Positions 57,035 to 64,000 of a DNA stretch of 64,000 bases are shown here, in pieces (position 1 is the first letter of the stretch; the number at the start of each line of letters is the position of its first letter). A program made the translations under genes and the position numbers. Under the pieces are notes generated by a model. The model did no database searches, was not told the DNA's origin, and was given only the letters and a program-made list of their open reading frames with translations. The DNA comes from Trichodelitschia bisporula. Lineage: Eukaryota. The DNA is taken from positions 803,923 to 867,922 of the forward strand of contig ML996698.1 in assembly GCA_010356995.1 (NCBI GenBank), given 5' to 3'.

Positions 57035-60000
57035 ATGATGACGGAGAAGAAAGAACCGCAGCTCAGCGTGCGCGCAGTGTCGCCCTCGCACGACGCCGGA
57101 GACACGAGCGTTGATATCCCCGCCCCGGCGGTCGATGAGAAAACGGAGCCGCCGGCGCCGAAGCCGAGTATGGCGAATTTCTTCGTGAGTTGGATGGGGC
57201 CCGGTGGATGCGGTTTCTAACTGCGCAGAAAATCCTCGCGTTCGGCGATGCACTCGATTGGACGTGTATGGGGATATGCACCTTCAGCGCCGTGGGCGCG
57301 GGGATTGCGATGCCGCTTATGTTTCTGGTTTTCGGGCGGGTTGTGGGTGATTTTACGGGGTATTTCACGCCGGGCCAGGGAGTGGGGATGGAGAACGGGA
57401 CTATCGGGAATGGGACGGATGTGCTGGTGGATGAGGAGGTGGTGCGGCTGATGGTTCAGGCGGCGAAGGATAAGTTCCTGGCGACGGTGAATAAGAATGC
57501 TATGTATATGGTGTATCTTGGGCTGGCGCGGTTCATGCTGAGTTACATCTCTATGGTAGGTGCTGCGTGGGTTGCGCGTGGCAAGGCTGACACTCGCAGC
57601 TCTCGATTCGCATTTCTGGCCTGCGGATCAGTGCCCGCCTGCGATTGGCATACCTGCGCGCTCTCTTCCAGCAACCGATCAGCACCATCGACGCCACGAG
57701 TCCCGGCGCCATCGCCTCGCGTCTCACAACCAACAGCAACACCATCGAATCCGGCATAAGCCAACAATTCAGCCTCGCAATCCAAGCTATCTCCTTCACG
57801 CTAGGTCTCTACATCGTCGCCTTCGTGCGCTCCGCCCTCCTCACCCTCGTCGCCAGCGCCAGCATCCCCATCGTCATGCTCTGCTACGCCGCCGCCGTGC
57901 CCTTCATGTACAAATTCTGGACCGCGGCTGAGAAATGGAAGGACGCGGCGAGCGGGCTCGCGTTTGAGATTTTTGAATCTGTGCGCATTGTGGTTGCGTT
58001 TGGGGCGGAGGGGAGGCTTTCGGAGAAACATCATGATTTGGTGAGGAGGGCGGCGGCGGAGGATAGGAAGAATGCGCCGATGGCGGGGGTCCTGATGGCG
58101 CCGATGTTTTTGGCGGTGTATGCGACGTTTGCGCTTACGTTTTGGTTTGGGATACGGCAGTTTATGGGTGGGAAGATTGAGGGTATTTCTACGATCATAA
58201 TGTACCCCCCCCCCTCCCTCTTCCTACCTCCCCGTACTAACCCCCGCAGCGTGCTCTTCTCCGTCCTTTGGGCCGAAATGTGCGTCTTCCGCCTCTACAG
58301 CCCAATCGTGCAAATCATCCGCGCCAGCACCGCCGCCTCCGAAATCCTAGCAGTCCTCAACGCCACCGTACCCCCGACCACTGGGCTCGACGCGTCGGAG
58401 GTCTCCCTAGCCGAGGACATCATCTTCCGCGACGTGACCTTCGCGTACCCGACCCGGCCCGACACCATCATCCTCGACGGGCTATCCGTGCGCTTCGAAG
58501 CCGGCAAAACGACCGCCGTAGTCGGTCCATCCGGGTCCGGGAAAAGCACCATCGTCGGCCTGCTCGAGAAGTGGTATGTGCCCGCACGGGGCGCCCATCC
58601 TGTGGCCCCGATGCCCGCGACGCCGCAGATGGCGGCTACGATATCCGCGTGGCCGATTCCGGACCACGAAGCTCTGCCGGGCATTTTCGTGGGCGGGGTG
58701 AATCTGGCGCTGATCGACGAGCGGTGGTGGCGCAGCTGCATCGGCCTGGTGCAGCAGGAGCCGTTCCTGTTTGACGACACGATTGCCGCGAATGTAGCGT
58801 ACGGGCTGGCGGGGACGCAGTTCGAACACGCGGAATCCCGGGTCAGGCGGGCAATGGTGGAGGCGGCGTGCAGGGAGGCGTATGCCGATGAGTTCATCGC
58901 GCGCTTGCCGCGGGGGTATGAGACGCGGGTGGGGAAGGGGGGGATGAAGCTTAGTGGTGGGCAACGGCAGCGGCTTGCGATCGCGCGGGCGATTGTTAAG
59001 GATCCGCCGGTGCTGATTTTGGATGAGGCGACGAGTGCGGTGGATGTGCGGACGGAGAAGATTGTGCAGCGGGCGTTGGATAGGGTGAGTAGGAGTCGGA
59101 CGACGATTTGTATTGCGCATCGGTTGAGTACGATTCGCAAGGCGGATAAGATTGTGGTTATTAGGGCGGGGCGGGTGGTGGAGGAGGGCACGCATGAGGA
59201 GTTGCTGAAGAATGAGGATGGGGTTTATAGTGGGTTTGTTAGGGCGCAGGCGGTGGAGATGGGAGATGGTGATGGTGACGAGGGGATTGATGCTTCGGGC
59301 TTTGAGGAGTTTGAGATGGATGATCCTAAGTTTCAGATCCGCGATGACGGGGTCGAGGAGGCGCCATCCGGCCAGCAGAAGCACATCGAGAAGGGCTTCC
59401 TGGGCAGCTTCGGCATGCTGCTGTACGAGCAGCGGTCGCGGTGGGTCTTGTACCTCTGCACCGTACTCGGAGCCTCAGCCGGCGGAGGTAAGTAAACGCC
59501 CTTCGCAGCGGCCCGGCTAACAGTCCCAGCAACCTACCCACTGCAAGCATATCTCTTCGCCAAGGTCATCGAAGTGTTCACCATGGCAAAGAGCGAGCTC
59601 GTCCGGCGGGGCAACTTCTGGGCGTTAATGTTTGCGATCTTGGCCGTGGGCATGGGATTCGCGTTCCTGATCATGGGATGGTCGTCATCGCTCATCTCCA
59701 CCGTCGTCTCGTCCTACTACCGCCAGGAGTACCTCGAGAACATTCTACGGAAGCGTATTTCCTTCTTCGACCGCGAGGAGAACTCGTCCGGCACGTTGAC
59801 TGCGCGGTTGAGCACCGACTCGACGCAATTGCAGCAGCTCCTCGGCGCAGAGATGGGCATGGCGTTGGTCGCGGTGCTCAGCATTGTGGGCAGCGTGATC
59901 ATCGCCTTCGTCTTCGGGTGGAAGCTCAGCCTCGTCGGCGTGCTAGCCGTCATGCCCGTCGTGCTGATCGCGGGCTACTTCCGCGTGTCCCTCGAAGCCG

Positions 60001-61441
60001 ACTTCGAGAAACTAAACGCGCTGGTCTTCGCCGAGAGCTCTCAATTCGGCGCGGAGGCCATCGGCGGCTTCCGCACGGTCAAGTCGCTGATCATGGAGGA
60101 CACAATTGCGGACCGATTCGCGGATCTACTGAAGACGCATGTGGACAAGGCGCTGAAGAAGGCGCGCGTATCGACGCTCGTGTTCGCGTTCTCCGACTCT
60201 GCGGATATGCTCTGCCAGGCGCTGTGTTTCTGGTACGGCGGACAGCTACTGGCGAGTCGCGAGTATGATATCGTGAGCTTCTTCGTCATCTACATGGCGG
60301 TTGTGCAGGTAGGCGTTCCTTTCCGGAAATTGATTTACCACAAGGCTGACCCCAGCAGAGCAGCATGGCCGCAGGAATGTGGTTCTCCTTCTCCCCCAAG
60401 TGCGGCCCCTCCCCCTCCCCATCCCACCAAGCCATCCTAACAACCCTAGCATCGTCGACGCCACCGCTGCCGCAAACCGCATCCTCAGCGTCCGCCCGAG
60501 GCGCAGCGAACAAGCCCTGAACCTGCGACACATGCCGCTGGGCATGGGCCCCGCGAGCATCGAGTTCAAAGACGTATCCTTCGCGTACGAAGAGCGCGCG
60601 ACGCCCGTCCTCTCGGGGATAAACATCCGCGTCCGTTTCCTGAACCGCGTTTCTTGTTCCCGACTAATGTGTGTAGATTGAGGCGGGGCAGTTCGCTGCG
60701 TTTGTGGGGGCTTCAGGTGCGTCGCCTGCTTCCGGCGTAAAGAGAGGGTAACTTACTAACCATTCCCAGGCAGCGGCAAATCCACAATGATAAGCCTGCT
60801 AGAACGCTTCTACGACCCTTCTCAGGGGCGCATCGAATTCAACGGCGCAAACATAACCGAAGTCGACCCCGCCTCCTACCGGCGCAACCTCTCCCTCGTC
60901 GCCCAAGAAAGCACCCTGTACGAAGGCACGATACGCGAAAACGTCTCCCTCTCCGTGCCCTCGACCACGGAGGCTGAGATCGTAGCCGCTTGCACGGCAG
61001 CCCAAATCCACCCATTCATCGCCTCGCTGCCGGACGGGTATGAGACACATATTGGGCCTAAGGGCGTAGCGCTGTCGGGCGGGCAGCGACAACGTCTGGC
61101 GCTTGCGCGCGCCCTGCTGCGCAGACCCCAGGTCCTGCTCCTCGACGAAGCAACCGCGAACCTGGACTCCGCGAGCGAGAAACTAGTCGCCGAGGCGATA
61201 GAGCAGGCAGCGGGCGGGGGGCGGACGGTGATCGCGGTCGCGCATAGACTGGCAACGGTGCAGGGCGCGGATGTGATTTTTGTGTTTGGATCTGGTAGGG
61301 TGTTGGAGCGGGGGAATCATGCGGAACTGTTGGCGAGACGGGGGGTTTATTATCAGATGGTGAGTAGCCTGGTGGGGGGTGTGGTGCGTTGGGTAGGGCT
61401 AATACGGATGGTAGTGTCAAGCGCAGGCGCTGGATCGATAG
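57035..61441 (+). CDS. Full-length ABCB (MDR/P-glycoprotein-like) ABC transporter, multi-exon
   Basis: TMD1 (GAGIAMPLMFLVFG), NBD1 GPSGSGKST / LVQQEPFLF / LSGGQRQRLAIARA / LILDEATSA / IAHRLST, TMD2, NBD2 GAS|GSGKST / LSGGQRQRLALARA / LLLDEATA / VAHRLATV, last exon CQAQALDR* (61415-61441). Several short GT-AG introns. Confidence 0.95.
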
Positions 61442-62819
61442 GTGGGTGTGGGGTTGGGAAGGTTGCGATCTGGACTACTGCGGCTGAGAGGGGGCGAGTA
61501 TCGCGACACGTGGGGTGCGGAGCTAGGAAGGAGGGCGTGCATAAGGCGCGGTTAGCGGGGAACGGTGAGGATGTGCGATCCTTCGCGCGAAACGTGAGTC
61601 GCACGTTACGGCAACCCGAGTAAGAAACACGAGAAGAGACGGAGGATGTCCCGTTCCTTCGGCTTCCTTGGAGTTCCGGATAGGTGTTTCCCCGACTATC
61701 GTTAAACGTAGTAAACGGCGCTGGGCCGTGTAAACGTATTGCTTGTCGCTCGGTGGTCGTTCCGAGTGTTGTGCACGACTTCGATGCCCCCGGTCCGCCG
61801 CCGAGCCGTGCCCCGACTCGGCTGCATACGCCGCGACTACCCGGCATCCGCGCCGCAGATGCATCCCAGCCTCAGCATCATAACCGGCCCTTCTCACCAA
61901 ATGTGCGACTCAGGTAACAAGTGATGCTCACCAGCTACATTCGTCAAGCATGCATTTCCCTCCATACCCCGCCCAGAGCCCAACCACGCAGTCCAGCACC
62001 CTCGCCCGGCCTCGGCACCCCACGAGTCAGCCGCATCCCCGCCGTCCGACGTCCTGCACCACCGCAACAAAAAAGCGCCACATCCGCCTGCGCGAGCGTG
62101 GCGAGCCGCCAGATCTCGGCGGCCCAGCATTCAATGGCGCCGACAGATGCTGAGTCGTCAAACGCGCGTGAGACTGCGCTGACATGCCTATATCGCGTGC
62201 GTTATGCGCATGCAGGCATGCAGCCGAGGTAGCATGGCGAGCTGAGTATGTACGTCGCATGCGGCGTAGTGCAGTGGGGACCCGAAAATTGCATTCACGA
62301 GATATTCCCTCCGCACGTCCGAGAGCAGAGATCAGGGACTTCATTTCATGGCATTCATGCTCCCCTCCAAGCCTTATCTCGCTCCCCAGCCCCTGCCCTA
62401 CCCCAGCGCCGATCGCGCCCACGACTCAGCCCCATCCCCCGATCCACGCTATCAAAAGGCCTAACCGCCCGCAGGACTAGTGCTATATATCATGACGACG
62501 GGAGCGGAGACATGCACGGCGCTTTCAAGATACAAGCGTGAGTCGTGGCCGTGCAGATTGGCATGCGATGCAGAATCTTCTGCCATATGTAAGGCGTGCG
62601 TTCCCCAGGCTCGGGATTTTGGGATTATGGGTTTGGATCACGAGTGACGCGGTTACGACAATACGAATACCGAAACACCGACGAGCGTTTTTGCACTGTG
62701 CGGGCAGTGGGTTCGCCGTGCGCCGAAAAACGGACGCCTACTATCATCGCGGTAGTGACCACGCAACCGCACCACAACCGCTGAACGGACGCGCTCAGCG
62801 CACCGCACGAACCGCGACC

Positions 62820-63941
62820 ATGGCCCCGACCCGCGAATCCGAGACCATGATGCCCGCCTACCTCGGCGTAACGACATTTCTCTTCCTCCTCTCCCTCCTC
62901 ACCTACGCCCTGCGCCTCTGGAACCGGCTCAAACCGCACCCCTCCCTCGGGTGGGACGACCTGGCCATCTCACTCGCCATGGTGCTTGCAATGGCCACAT
63001 GGGGCTGCAGTACCGCGCTGATAATGTTCACTGGAGGAAAGCACGTCGAGTACGTGGATTTGGACAAGATGATGCGCGCGGCACGGCTTGGGTTTGCGAT
63101 TATGCCGTTGTGGATTTGGAGCGTGACGATGGTGAAGATTAGTGTTTGCCTCATGTTGTTGAGGATTAAGAGGGAGAGGATGTGGCAGCGTGGGTTGCTT
63201 GGGTTGATTGGGGTGTTGTTGGTGATTGCGGTCGCGGGAATGGTGAGCCAGTTGCTGCAGTGTCGGCCTTTGAGGGCGAATTGGAATATCTACCTGAAGC
63301 TGGAGGGCGGGCATTGTTGGGATAATTCGGTGCTGGAGACGGTTACTTATGTCCTGAGTGGTGAGTCTTCTGTCTGTTTCTTCGCATTGATAGGGGTGGG
63401 GATGTTAATCGGGACAGCCCTCTTCGGCACCACGGACCTCGTCTGCGCGTTCCTCCCTCTCTTCTTCATCCGCCAACTCAACCGGCCCCTGCGGGAAAAA
63501 ATCGTCCTGGCGCTGCTCATGGCCCTCGGACTTCTCGCCGCCGCGTGCAGCATCGTCAAGGCAGTGCTGCTCAAGAAGTTGCTGAACAGCGCCGACCCGC
63601 TCTGGGACGGCGAAGCGATCGGCATCTGGACGTACAGCGAAGTGTACATTGGGATCATCGCAGCCAACATCCCTTGTCTGCGGTCGCTGCTCGAGAAGGT
63701 CTTCACCCTGATCGCGGGCTCGCAGGCCATCAGTCGGAAAGCGACGATTGGGCCGATTGCGTCGGCGGAGGCGGGAGTGTTGGGACGCGGTAATGGGGGC
63801 ATGTATGAGAATCGGAGTCATATTTGTGCTAATACGGGGAGTCGGGGGACGAGTGATGAGCATATTCTCCTTTCGGAGAGGGGTGAGAAGAAGGAGGGGA
63901 TTGTGAAGGAGGTGGAGGTACGGTGGGATGATAGAGGGTGA
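62820..63941 (+). CDS. PTH11-like (fungal rhodopsin-domain) 7-TM membrane receptor without CFEM; intron 63361-63417
   Basis: ALRLWNR...LGWDD, VKISVCLMLLRI, QCRPLRANW, C, TDL..AFLP...IRQLN.P.REK..L..LMALG......SIVK, W...EVYIGIIAANIPCLR motifs. Confidence 0.92.
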   Translation: MAPTRESETMMPAYLGVTTFLFLLSLLTYALRLWNRLKPHPSLGWDDLAISLAMVLAMATWGCSTALIMFTGGKHVEYVDLDKMMRAARLGFAIMPLWIWSVTMVKISVCLMLLRIKRERMWQRGLLGLIGVLLVIAVAGMVSQLLQCRPLRANWNIYLKLEGGHCWDNSVLETVTYVLSGESSVCFFALIGVGMLIGTALFGTTDLVCAFLPLFFIRQLNRPLREKIVLALLMALGLLAAACSIVKAVLLKKLLNSADPLWDGEAIGIWTYSEVYIGIIAANIPCLRSLLEKVFTLIAGSQAISRKATIGPIASAEAGVLGRGNGGMYENRSHICANTGSRGTSDEHILLSERGEKKEGIVKEVEVRWDDRG

Positions 63942-64000
63942 TGGATGTGGTGGGTGCGGAGCATGGCGTCTTCTCGATGTGCCCTTGGGGACAGGCGTTC

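Noticed and set aside
58574..58690. Extra intron in ABC NBD1 (GTATGT at ~58575)
   Set aside because: The frame is open and GTATGT overlaps the conserved LLE(K/R)WY. More likely a coding insertion between Walker A and the Q-loop.

Overview
Eukaryotic DNA from a filamentous ascomycete (Pezizomycotina-type genes, short GT-AG introns with CTAAC/CTGAC-like branch points). 1-24 kb is mostly conserved or metabolic genes: a mitochondrial-type hypothetical protein, divergent CCZ1/FMT1, a PhlG-like (DAPG/phloretin) hydrolase paired head-to-head with a Zn2Cys6 regulator, a bZIP factor convergent with a short-chain dehydrogenase, and an MscL-like channel. 24-56 kb looks accessory: solo LTRs, a tRNA-like head followed by two hairpins, an F-box pseudogene, a head-to-head pair of Ser/Thr-rich single-pass membrane proteins and a HET-6-like HET-domain gene. 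Directly upstream of the HET gene on the same strand is a tandem array of seven paralogous receptor-like type I membrane protein genes (36.7-54.9 kb). They share a 6-Cys ectodomain, a TM helix and cytoplasmic (Y/H)ELxA repeats; four appear intact and three are disrupted, and they show variable loops, one mosaic copy, GT/GC splice-donor switching and co-duplicated upstream regions. The window ends with a full-length ABCB transporter and a PTH11-like 7-TM receptor. The receptor array plus HET gene is the best candidate for an undescribed system (possible non-self surveillance); that function is inference only. All family assignments come from motif recognition by eye, not from database searches.
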